IMG/VR virus record: IMGVR_UViG_3300027734_000078 | Location: 1-59,498 of that record | DNA length: 59,498 nt | Source of the DNA: a virus | Taxonomy: Duplodnaviria; Caudoviricetes | Direction: 5' to 3' (one strand) | Shown: piece by piece, positions 18,127 through 26,586 of the stretch | Layout of the letters: every line of letters begins with the position of its first letter | How positions within the stretch are numbered: position 1 is the first letter of the stretch | Position numbers and translations under genes: made by a program | The notes under the pieces: generated by a model | The model's input: the letters and a program-made list of their open reading frames with translations, nothing else | Databases searched by the model: none | Told to the model about the DNA's origin: nothing

Positions 18127-18542
18127 CAAGATTAAAAACAATTTTAAATAAATACAAGGAGACAAGAATGGCATACAGAACAGGGAAACCTAAAATTAGA
18201 TTGCAAGAAACTTATGCTGATTTTTCTGATGAACAAATGGCTGATATGATGAAAAGAATGAGTCAAGGTCAAGGTGCAGGTCAACCTGCTATCACTGCTG
18301 ACATGGTAAATCACCCACCACACTACACTCAAGGAGGAATGGAGACCATAGATATTATGGAGGCTAAGTCAACCCCCGAAGAGTTTAAAGGACATCTTAA
18401 ATTAACGGCATTAAAGTATTTAACTAGAGCAGGGCATAAAGAAAGTGAATTACAAGATGCTAAGAAGACACAATGGTATGTCAATAGATGGGTTAAAACT
18501 TTAGAAAAAGAAACAGTTAACATTAAAGTTATAGATGAATAA
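18123..18542 (+). CDS. DUF3310 (SaV-like) protein
   Basis: DMVNHPPHYT.GG.ETID...KYL.RAG.K...QD..K..WY. Confidence 0.85.
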   Translation: MTRLKTILNKYKETRMAYRTGKPKIRLQETYADFSDEQMADMMKRMSQGQGAGQPAITADMVNHPPHYTQGGMETIDIMEAKSTPEEFKGHLKLTALKYLTRAGHKESELQDAKKTQWYVNRWVKTLEKETVNIKVIDE

Positions 18543-18691
18543 TGTGGGTATTTAATCTTGCATTAATATCAGGAGTTATGGTAGGCTTAGAACTTAAATT
18601 TCTAGAGAAGAATGCTCCATATACTTTTTCTTTAGTAATAGACCTATTCATAATTCGATTGATATTACAAAAGCTTAAATATGTCAGATGA
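18542..18691 (+). CDS. small hydrophobic protein (49 aa)
   Basis: MWVFNLALISGVMVGLEL...VIDLFIIRL, TAATG coupling. Confidence 0.55.
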   Translation: MWVFNLALISGVMVGLELKFLEKNAPYTFSLVIDLFIIRLILQKLKYVR

Positions 18692-18884
18692 TGCAGATAA
18701 AACGCAAGATAGATTAGAAAAAGAAGATGCTATTCGCCGCAAGGAAATGGATAGCATGAAATATATAAAAGCAACGGGTCACTGTTTAAATTGTGGCACA
18801 AAGCTTAAAGACTTAAGACGTTGGTGTGATAAAGATTGTGCTGACGACTGGGAATACAACGTCAATAGACGCAACCAAACGTGA
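18681..18884 (+). CDS. zinc-finger protein
   Basis: MSDDAD... TGHCLNCG...RRWCDKDC. Confidence 0.7.
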   Translation: MSDDADKTQDRLEKEDAIRRKEMDSMKYIKATGHCLNCGTKLKDLRRWCDKDCADDWEYNVNRRNQT

Positions 18885-18912
18885 CATTTGCGTAAAAATA
18901 CGCAATAGTCAC
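18881..18912 (+). repeat. 32-nt hairpin element, copy 6
   Basis: GTGACA TT TGCGTA AAAA TACGCA AT AGTCAC. Confidence 0.8.
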
Positions 18913-18928
18913 CCACAAGGAGAGAGGT

Positions 18929-19123
18929 ATGGCTACAAAATCAACTAACCCTACTACTAGGGAAACATCTGCCACTACATTCGATAGAGGCGAAAGAAAT
19001 TTAATCGTTACCATTCATCATGGTGTTATCAAAATTAGACCTAAAGGATTAAAGTCAGAGGAAGTTATTAACATTGCTGCTATCTATGAGCATGCAGTTA
19101 AAGCCCGCGTTAGGGGTAAGTAA
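18929..19123 (+). CDS. hypothetical protein
   Basis: Strong RBS, coupled to the polymerase gene. Confidence 0.7.
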   Translation: MATKSTNPTTRETSATTFDRGERNLIVTIHHGVIKIRPKGLKSEEVINIAAIYEHAVKARVRGK

Positions 19124-20949
19124 TGCCTAACTTAATTACGCTTGACTTTGAAACATACTATGATAAAGAGTATGGCTTAAAGAAATACACTACCGAAGAA
19201 TACATCAGAGATGAAAAGTTTGAAGTCATAGGTGTAGCTGTTAAGGATAAGGGTGTAACTAAATGGTTTACAGGAACACATGCTGAGACCAAAGCTTTCC
19301 TAGACTCATACAACATGCATGAACACTTTGTGTTAGGACATAACATGAGGTTTGATGCGTCTATACTGTCGTGGATATTTGATATACACCCATTAGGTTT
19401 ATTTGATACCATGAGTATGGCTCAAATTTTACATGGGTTAACTGAGTCTGTATCTTTAGCGAATCTCTCTAAGTTATATGAGTTAGGTGAGAAGGGAACA
19501 GAAGTCCTTGACGCTTTAGGTAAACGCCGATTAGATTTCACACACAATGACTTAGCCAAATATGGTGGTTATTGTATCAATGACGTAGAACTAACCTACG
19601 AACTATTCACAGAATTAAAAGACAGGTTTACTTCCCCCGAAATGAAACTTATTGATTTAACTATCCGTATGTTTACAGAACCTAAACTAGAACTTAACAA
19701 GGGATTGTTGGTGAGACATCTTGCTGAGGTTAGAGCCAAGAAAGAAGAACTACTTAATTCAGTAACGGTAGATAAGGATACGCTTATGAGCAATCCTAAG
19801 TTTGCTGCCATTTTAGAAACCATGAAAATTAAAGTGCCCATGAAAGAAAGCCCTGCTACAGGTAAACAAACATATGCGTTAGCTAAAACAGATGAAGGGT
19901 TTAAAGCTTTACTAGAACATGAAGACCCTTATGTCCAAGCCTTAGCTGCGGCTCGTATAGGAAACAAATCTACCATTGAAGAAACAAGAACAGAAACCTT
20001 TATCAACATAGCTAACAGAGGAAAACTTCCTGTTCCGTTAAAGTATGCAGGTGCAGTTGTGTCTCATCGATGGAGTGGGGTTGATGGTATTAATCTTCAA
20101 AACTTACCACGGTCATCACCTCTTCGCCGAGCAATTTGTCCCCCAAAAGGTTTTAAAATTGTTGCGTCTGACTTGAGCAATATTGAATTGCGTCTTGCGT
20201 ATTGGTTCGCTCAATCACATGGAAAGATACAGCAGATTAAAGATGGTATTGATTTGTATACACAATCAGCAGCAGACATTACAGGAACACCCTATAACGA
20301 AGTTAACAAAGACCTACGATATATATTTAAAGTAGTAAATTTATCGGGTATCTATGGTGTAGGGGCTAATAAGATGCACTCTATATTAAAACAAGGCGGT
20401 GTAGACAAAGACTTAAACGAAGTTAAAAACATCGTGTATGCGTATCGCAAATCAAACCCCGAACTTGTTGAGGCGTGGCAAGACGCAGGAACTATGTTAG
20501 AAAGTGTAAGAGCAGGGCAACACTATACAATGGGTAATGGTGGGATTATATCGGCTGTCCCAAAAGAAGGCATGATGAAACCTAATGGCATGATGTTAGG
20601 ATTACCTAATCTTCGTAAATTAAAGACAGATATGGGCGAATCGTGGGCATATGATAAGTTAATGGGAAGAACTTTAATCCCCGAATATATTCACCCGTCT
20701 AAAACATTTCAACGCTGCATACAAGCGTTGGCTCGTGATATAATAGCAGAACAGTTAATACAAGTATCTAAAAGGTATACTGTTGTTATGACTGTGCATG
20801 ATGAGTTAGTAATGTTATGTAAAGATACAGAGGTAGACGATTGTGTAGCCTACGTTAAAAAATGTATGACTACTGCGCCCTCTTGGTGTAGCGACTTACC
20901 ACTCGGTTGTGAGGTAGGTGTAGGTGATAACTATATGGATGCTAAGTAA
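19123..20949 (+). CDS. polA: family A DNA polymerase with 3'-5' exonuclease
   Basis: ExoI LDFET, HNMRFD, NLQNLP, motif A SDLSNIELR, motif B R...KVVNLSGIYG, motif C VHDE. Confidence 0.95.
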   Translation: MPNLITLDFETYYDKEYGLKKYTTEEYIRDEKFEVIGVAVKDKGVTKWFTGTHAETKAFLDSYNMHEHFVLGHNMRFDASILSWIFDIHPLGLFDTMSMAQILHGLTESVSLANLSKLYELGEKGTEVLDALGKRRLDFTHNDLAKYGGYCINDVELTYELFTELKDRFTSPEMKLIDLTIRMFTEPKLELNKGLLVRHLAEVRAKKEELLNSVTVDKDTLMSNPKFAAILETMKIKVPMKESPATGKQTYALAKTDEGFKALLEHEDPYVQALAAARIGNKSTIEETRTETFINIANRGKLPVPLKYAGAVVSHRWSGVDGINLQNLPRSSPLRRAICPPKGFKIVASDLSNIELRLAYWFAQSHGKIQQIKDGIDLYTQSAADITGTPYNEVNKDLRYIFKVVNLSGIYGVGANKMHSILKQGGVDKDLNEVKNIVYAYRKSNPELVEAWQDAGTMLESVRAGQHYTMGNGGIISAVPKEGMMKPNGMMLGLPNLRKLKTDMGESWAYDKLMGRTLIPEYIHPSKTFQRCIQALARDIIAEQLIQVSKRYTVVMTVHDELVMLCKDTEVDDCVAYVKKCMTTAPSWCSDLPLGCEVGVGDNYMDAK

Positions 20950-21452
20950 TGAACTACTATGAAATAGGCACTAAGTCTACTATAGCTAAAGAACTATATG
21001 ACTATGCCTTCAATCCTCAGCCGTGGTTTCCACACTACAATTTTAATGTTAAACCTATACCACCAGATATAGTAGCACAAGATAAATTTTTTAGGTGGCT
21101 ACACGCAAGGTATGAGTTTATTGTAGGAATACTAAGATTAGACCCTTACACTTGTTATGATTGGCATACAGATACAAGACGAGGTGTAGGTATCAATATG
21201 TTATTGACTCCGTTCGATAGAAGTGTTTGTGCTTTTGCTCCTAACAAAGAGGGCGCAGTATTTGAAATAGAAGAATTAAAATATAAGCCTACAACATACT
21301 ATATATTTAATACGCAAGTGCCACATACAGTATATAACTTTGAAACAACTCGGTATCTTATGAGTGTGGAATTTGCTAAAGATAAAAGCCAATTAACCTT
21401 TGAAGACTTACTAAATGATATAAGGACACAGTATGAAAAAGACCGCACGTAA
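20949..21452 (+). CDS. putative cupin / 2OG-Fe(II) oxygenase-like protein
   Basis: WHTD (HxD) and distal FNTQVPHTV His, with double-stranded beta-helix spacing. Confidence 0.55.
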   Translation: MNYYEIGTKSTIAKELYDYAFNPQPWFPHYNFNVKPIPPDIVAQDKFFRWLHARYEFIVGILRLDPYTCYDWHTDTRRGVGINMLLTPFDRSVCAFAPNKEGAVFEIEELKYKPTTYYIFNTQVPHTVYNFETTRYLMSVEFAKDKSQLTFEDLLNDIRTQYEKDRT

Positions 21453-21756
21453 TGATATAACAGGCGATTGGTTACAATCTAAACCAAACAGCGAACAGTT
21501 TGAAAAGAATTGGGATTTGATATTTGGTAAAAAGAAACCTATAGCCGCATTTATACCTGAAGAAAAAGAAACAGTGTTTACAATAACTATACCGGAATTA
21601 CAAAACTATATATGGGATGAAGCAATGGGAGATCTGCGTCCAAGAAATACTGAAGAACAAGAGGCATTAAAAGAACAGATTTTAGCAGAGTATGAACTTA
21701 ATAAATCAACAGGCGAAGTCCAAAAGGTAGATAATGGCGACACAACAAATACATAA
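21433..21756 (+). CDS. hypothetical protein
   Basis: ARNDITGD...F..NWDLIF, a common small phage motif. Confidence 0.7.
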   Translation: MKKTARNDITGDWLQSKPNSEQFEKNWDLIFGKKKPIAAFIPEEKETVFTITIPELQNYIWDEAMGDLRPRNTEEQEALKEQILAEYELNKSTGEVQKVDNGDTTNT

Positions 21757-21916
21757 GAGCAGACGACATGCTGACCCGTTTAAAACACGAACAGGCAAAG
21801 ATAAACTTAAAGCGTTATCTATAAAAAAGTTATATGAGTTATTAGATAAAGCCGCAGAGGGTAAAAATAAAGCAAAGATAACAAAAGAAATTGCTAGGAG
21901 AACTCCAATTGGCTGA
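21734..21916 (+). CDS. small basic hypothetical protein
   Basis: 60-aa ORF with AAGG RBS. Confidence 0.6.
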   Translation: MATQQIHKSRRHADPFKTRTGKDKLKALSIKKLYELLDKAAEGKNKAKITKEIARRTPIG

Positions 21917-22583
21917 GTTAAAAACGTGGTCTTACTCAAGTGCTACAACATTCGAGAAATGTCCTAAGCAATACTATCATCTGTATGTAGCAAAAGATAT
22001 TAAGCAAGACCCAAACGTAGAGCATTTTCTTTACGGTAACGAAGTTCACAAAGCTGCAGAATTATATGTGAGTAAAGCAACCCCACTGCCAGAGAAGTTT
22101 GATATGTTTAAGCCAACGCTTGATAGGTTAATATCAATCCCAGGAGATAAATATTGTGAATATAAGTTAGGTTTAACCAAAGATTTGCAACCCTGTGACT
22201 TCTTTGCTAAAGATGTTTGGTGGAGGGGTGTTATTGATTTATTAATTATTAACCCCGAAACTAAGTTAGCTACCTTAATTGATTATAAAACAGGTAAGTC
22301 AAGTCAGTATGCAGATACGAGACAGCTATCTTTGTTTAGTGTAGCTATTTTCAAACACTTCCCAGACATGTTAAAAATTAAGTCTGGATTGGTTTTCTTA
22401 GTAAGTAAAGAGATATTAAAAGAAGATTATACAAGTGATAAAGTAGAGGACATGTTTGCAGAATGGAGTAAAATAGTATTACGTATAAACGGGGCTTACG
22501 AGTCAGGGGTATTTAACGCTGTCCCTAACTTTGCATGTAAGAAGTTTTGTCCTGTTCAATCATGTTCACATTGGGGAAAATAA
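21909..22583 (+). CDS. PD-(D/E)XK (RecB/Cas4-like) exonuclease
   Basis: SYS...FEKCP, G..VH, RGVIDL, IDYKTGK, Q and C-terminal CxxCP...C. TTG start after GGAG. Confidence 0.88.
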   Translation: MAELKTWSYSSATTFEKCPKQYYHLYVAKDIKQDPNVEHFLYGNEVHKAAELYVSKATPLPEKFDMFKPTLDRLISIPGDKYCEYKLGLTKDLQPCDFFAKDVWWRGVIDLLIINPETKLATLIDYKTGKSSQYADTRQLSLFSVAIFKHFPDMLKIKSGLVFLVSKEILKEDYTSDKVEDMFAEWSKIVLRINGAYESGVFNAVPNFACKKFCPVQSCSHWGK

Positions 22584-22855
22584 TGGCAAGAGATTATCAA
22601 AAAGAAAACATATATAAAGCACAACCAGAGCAAATAAAATTAAGGGTTGCTCGCAATAAAGCTAGACGACAAGCTATTAAAGATGGTAGAGTATCAAAGG
22701 GTGATGGTAAAGAGATAGACCATGTTATCCCTCTTAGTAAAGGTGGAAGTAATACTAAAGCAAATACTAGAATTAGAACTAAAAGTCAGAACAGTTCTTT
22801 TAGTCGCAATAGCGATAATTCAGTTAAAAAAAATACACCTTTAAAAAAGAAATAG
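22583..22855 (+). CDS. small HNH endonuclease
   Basis: KGDGKEIDHVIPLSKGGSN...N.R.....N. Confidence 0.85.
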   Translation: MARDYQKENIYKAQPEQIKLRVARNKARRQAIKDGRVSKGDGKEIDHVIPLSKGGSNTKANTRIRTKSQNSSFSRNSDNSVKKNTPLKKK

Positions 22856-22860
22856 ATTTT

Positions 22861-22989
22861 TCGCAAGACGTGAGTGCGATATAACCACGTCAGTTAACAG
22901 TAAGAATTTCGACATGCTCGCTTTCATCTTATGTGTTAACATGTAGGGCTAGACGCGTCATTACCTCTCTCGATGGCGTGTCTATTTTT
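22861..22989 (+). ncRNA. candidate structured RNA (pseudoknot plus two hairpins, last one terminator-like)
   Basis: TCGCA/TGCGA crossed by GACGTG/CACGTC. GTTAACA-GTAAGA pairs with TCTTAT-TGTTAAC. 12-bp TAGACGCGTCAT/ATGGCGTGTCTA stem with G-U pairs, then T5. Confidence 0.5.
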
Positions 22990-23006
22990 ATCACTAGGAG
23001 ATTGCA

Positions 23007-24566
23007 TTGGAAGTATACAAAGACAAGGCGTTGATAGTTAATACAAAACGTCCACAACTTATTTTAGATAAGATACCTAAAAGTAAAATTATAAAAGAAC
23101 ATGATAATGGTGTAAGCCAAGTCATAGTTAATTGGGGTTTAGATGAAGTTATAACCCTGTCAGACATGAAAGTTAAAAATCCACCTTCTCCTATATCACG
23201 TGACTACAGCTGGCCTGGTATTCACAAACCATTTGACCATCAAAGAACAACAGCTCAGTTTCTTTCTGCACATAGACGTGCGTATTGCCTATCAGAAGCA
23301 GGAACAGGTAAAACATCTGCAGTAATATGGGCGGCTGATTATTTAATGAACCAAGGCAAAATAAAAAGAATGTTAGTGGTATGCCCACTATCAATTATGC
23401 AAGCAGCATGGCAGGCAGACTTTTTTAAAACTGCTATGCATAGGTCTGTAGGAATTGCTCATGGCTCTGCAGAAAAACGTAAAAAAGTATTTGATGAAAA
23501 AACAGATGTAGTTATCATCAACTATGATGGTATAGAAATTGTAGAGAAAGAAATCTTATCTGGCGGTTTTGATTTAATAGTAGTTGATGAAGCTAACTAT
23601 ATCAAGACTGTCACGACACGTCGCTGGAAGTCAATTAATCGTGTGGTAACACCTAACACATGGTTATGGCTTATGACAGGAACACCCGCTGCTCAATCAC
23701 CGGCTGACGCATATGGACTGGCTAGACTTGTGAACCCCGCATCCGTCCCAAAATACGCAGGAACATTTAAGGATATGGTAATGCAGAAAGTCAGTCAGTT
23801 CACCTGGGTGCCTAGATTTAATGCACAGGACATAGTATTTAAAACACTACAACCTGCCATTCGTTATACCAAAGAAGAATGTCTTGACTTACCCGATGTT
23901 TTATATACAACTCGGGAAGTTCCACTTACCCCCCAACAAGATAAGTATTATAAGAAATTAAAAAAAGATATGTATATGGAAACATCAGGTGAAGAAATTA
24001 CCGTTGTTAATGCAGCGGTAATGCTCACCAAACTTCTACAAGTAAGTGCAGGCTCCATCTATTCAGATACAAGAGGTATTATAGAGTTTGATGTATCTAA
24101 TCGCATGACGGCTTTAAAAGAAATTATAGAAGAAGCTAGTCACAAAGTTATTGTATTCTGCCCTTTCCGTCACAGCATAGAAAAGATAATGGCGGAACTA
24201 CACAAAGATAAAATTACTTGTGATTGTATACATGGAGATGTGTCTATGAATAAACGCACAGAAATATTTAAAAGTTTTCAAGAAAGTAAAAACCCTCAAG
24301 TATTAGTAATTCAACCTCAAGCTGCATCACATGGAGTTACCCTCCACGCAGCTAACGTAGTTGTATTTTGGTCACCTGTGATGTCTGTAGAAACCTACAT
24401 ACAATGTTGTGCTCGTATGGATAGAGCAGGACAAAAAAATAAAATGACTGTTGTGCATTTACAAGGTAGCCCTGTTGAATCAAAAATATATAGAATGTTG
24501 CAAGGTAAAATAGATAACCATATTAAATTAGTAGACCTTTATAAAGAGGAGTTTAGCGATGCGTAA
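23007..24566 (+). CDS. SNF2-family helicase
   Basis: EAGTGKT, VCPLSI, VVDEA, MTGTP, HGVTLHAA and QCCARMDRAGQ. Confidence 0.92.
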   Translation: MEVYKDKALIVNTKRPQLILDKIPKSKIIKEHDNGVSQVIVNWGLDEVITLSDMKVKNPPSPISRDYSWPGIHKPFDHQRTTAQFLSAHRRAYCLSEAGTGKTSAVIWAADYLMNQGKIKRMLVVCPLSIMQAAWQADFFKTAMHRSVGIAHGSAEKRKKVFDEKTDVVIINYDGIEIVEKEILSGGFDLIVVDEANYIKTVTTRRWKSINRVVTPNTWLWLMTGTPAAQSPADAYGLARLVNPASVPKYAGTFKDMVMQKVSQFTWVPRFNAQDIVFKTLQPAIRYTKEECLDLPDVLYTTREVPLTPQQDKYYKKLKKDMYMETSGEEITVVNAAVMLTKLLQVSAGSIYSDTRGIIEFDVSNRMTALKEIIEEASHKVIVFCPFRHSIEKIMAELHKDKITCDCIHGDVSMNKRTEIFKSFQESKNPQVLVIQPQAASHGVTLHAANVVVFWSPVMSVETYIQCCARMDRAGQKNKMTVVHLQGSPVESKIYRMLQGKIDNHIKLVDLYKEEFSDA

Positions 24567-24963
24567 ACCCCTTACAGAAGAACAAAAGAAAAGAAATCAA
24601 GAAAAACAAAACGAATATAGAGTAAATAATCCTGAATGGTATATGCATAATAAAGCTAGACGACGAGCGATAGATAGACAAATTGAGTTTAATCTTGAAG
24701 TAAAAGATATAGTTATGCCTATTAATTGCCCTGTATTTAAAAAATACAAATTAAAAAAAGAATATAGTGAAAAATCGGGACCTAAACCTTGGTCTCCATC
24801 ACTTGATCGAATAGATAATTCAAAGGGTTACATTAAAGGTAACGTGCAAGTGATAAGCAATAAAGCTAACACAATGAAAGGTAATGCTACACCCGAAGAA
24901 CTATTACAATTTGCTTATTGGGTAATACTTACTTATGGACATTTAATTGATAAAGATAGTTGA
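24559..24963 (+). CDS. HNH-like (His-Me finger) endonuclease
   Basis: CPV...SPSLDRIDNSKGYIKGNVQVIS.KAN..K. Confidence 0.75.
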   Translation: MRKPLTEEQKKRNQEKQNEYRVNNPEWYMHNKARRRAIDRQIEFNLEVKDIVMPINCPVFKKYKLKKEYSEKSGPKPWSPSLDRIDNSKGYIKGNVQVISNKANTMKGNATPEELLQFAYWVILTYGHLIDKDS

Positions 24964-24987
24964 CAAAGTAAATTGTTGTGCTATACT
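24960..24987 (+). promoter_or_regulatory. sigma70-like promoter P4
   Basis: TTGACA-16 nt-TATACT with extended TG. Confidence 0.6.
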
Positions 24988-25016
24988 GTTATTCTTAATA
25001 TTTGAAAGGAGAGTAT

Positions 25017-25424
25017 ATGGAATTAGATGACAACAAGATAGAAAAGCTTATGCAAGCATCAGTTAATATGCGTGATAAGATTGAAACTTTGGAAAAAGAA
25101 ATTACTGATATCAAAGTGCAGAAAGATAAAATTGATTTAGCTCTTAATGAGGCGTGTAGAACTTTAAATGTAACAAGTTTAAAAACTAAAGTAGGAACGT
25201 TATCAAGAACTTTACGCACCCGATATTGGACAAGTGATTGGTCTAGCATGTATGACTTTATATTAGACAACAAAATGCCTGAATTCTTTGAGAAAAGATT
25301 AGTGCAGTCGGCAGTAAAAGAATATCTAGAACTTAATCCCGACAAAGCACCGCCCGGATTACAAGCAACAAGTGAATACACAGTAAGAATAACTAAAAGT
25401 AGAGAAAATAAGGAGAATGTATGA
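25017..25424 (+). CDS. conserved phage replication-region protein
   Basis: AGGAG RBS. Coiled coil followed by T..GT, DW, F.KR and PPGL. Confidence 0.75.
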   Translation: MELDDNKIEKLMQASVNMRDKIETLEKEITDIKVQKDKIDLALNEACRTLNVTSLKTKVGTLSRTLRTRYWTSDWSSMYDFILDNKMPEFFEKRLVQSAVKEYLELNPDKAPPGLQATSEYTVRITKSRENKENV

Positions 25425-26344
25425 ATACCGATTTAGATGTATTTGGTAGCACCGCAGTAGCAGCACATACCCGTCGTGATGATGGTTTTACAGCCAATAT
25501 CACAGGTAGTTCAATGACAGCCAAACGTATTTCTATACGAGGCGGTAAATTTAGATTGATGGTTAATGGTAAAGAAATTGAGAAGTCTAATCAAGACGCA
25601 CTTGATATAGTTATTGTTAATGCATCACCTCATGTGCATCGTATGTATTTTGCTAAAGAGTTTAGACAAGGTGAGAAAATGCCACCACCAGCCTGCTGGT
25701 CTTCAGACAGCTCAAAACCTGATGATACTGTTTCTGAGAAACAAGCAGATACATGCCTAGCATGTCCTCAAAATATTAAAGGTTCTGGTCCATCTGGCAC
25801 TAAAGCTTGTCGTTTTAGTAGACGTATTGCAGTTGTTCGTGCTGATGATTTAAATGGTGATATATATCAAATGACTTTACCTGCGCAATCTATATTTGGT
25901 AATGGCACTAAAGACCGCAAGCCTTTACATGAATACACAGACTACGTTCGTGCTAATGGTCAAAACTTAATGTCTGTTATATCAAGAGTTTCTTTTGATG
26001 AAGACTCATCAAGCACAAAGATTGGCTTTAAACCAATCAGAGTATTAAATGATGAAGAGTATGCCATATGTTCTACAAAATCAACTTCTGATGAAGCTAA
26101 ACGTGCTATTACATTATCAGTAAGCGTCAACAAAGAAGAAGATGGTGAAGAGTTTGAACAGAAAAAACAACAGCCGATTGCTAGACCTGTTGACCCTGTA
26201 ATACCTAAAGTAGAAGATGATATTCCAGAACCTACTGTTCGTGCTATAGAAAAACCTACTCCAGCACCTGCTCCAAAACCAGCAACACCAAAAATTGATC
26301 AAGGTGATGTTAGTTTAGATGATTTAGTATCTGATTGGACATAG
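25421..26344 (+). CDS. putative single-stranded DNA-binding/annealing protein
   Basis: RISIRGGKF, P.CWS.D, C..CPQN..GS, ACR and acidic tail ending LDDLVSDWT. Confidence 0.6.
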   Translation: MNTDLDVFGSTAVAAHTRRDDGFTANITGSSMTAKRISIRGGKFRLMVNGKEIEKSNQDALDIVIVNASPHVHRMYFAKEFRQGEKMPPPACWSSDSSKPDDTVSEKQADTCLACPQNIKGSGPSGTKACRFSRRIAVVRADDLNGDIYQMTLPAQSIFGNGTKDRKPLHEYTDYVRANGQNLMSVISRVSFDEDSSSTKIGFKPIRVLNDEEYAICSTKSTSDEAKRAITLSVSVNKEEDGEEFEQKKQQPIARPVDPVIPKVEDDIPEPTVRAIEKPTPAPAPKPATPKIDQGDVSLDDLVSDWT

Positions 26345-26345
26345 C

Positions 26346-26576
26346 ATGCGTGGATATTCACAGAGTATAGTAGAGGCTAATTTAAAAGCTAAAGAAACAA
26401 CAGGGACTCTTTTAGGTGCTATTTGTATAGCACTTAAATACCCTGCAAGTCAAGTAGCTAAAGAGCTTAACGTTTCTCGTCAAACGGTGTATGATTGGTT
26501 TTCAGGTAAAGCAAGACCCTCTAAGCGAGTTGACTTAAAAATCAAGCACTTAGTAATACGCTTAAAGCAAAACTAA
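26346..26576 (+). CDS. Cro/XRE-like HTH protein
   Basis: SQVAKELNVSRQTVYDWFSG. Confidence 0.85.
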   Translation: MRGYSQSIVEANLKAKETTGTLLGAICIALKYPASQVAKELNVSRQTVYDWFSGKARPSKRVDLKIKHLVIRLKQN

Positions 26577-26586
26577 ATAACCTGCA

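Noticed and set aside
21909-22583. Cas4-like nuclease as evidence of a CRISPR-Cas system
   Set aside because: It is a stand-alone phage PD-(D/E)XK exonuclease in a replication operon, with no cas1/cas2 or array
22583-22989. IscB/HEARO-type RNA-guided nuclease
   Set aside because: The ORF is only ~90 aa with no PLMP or RuvC motifs. Kept only as an RNA candidate.
24995-25381. 128-aa minus-strand ORF
   Set aside because: Antisense to a plus-strand gene that has a promoter and strong RBS
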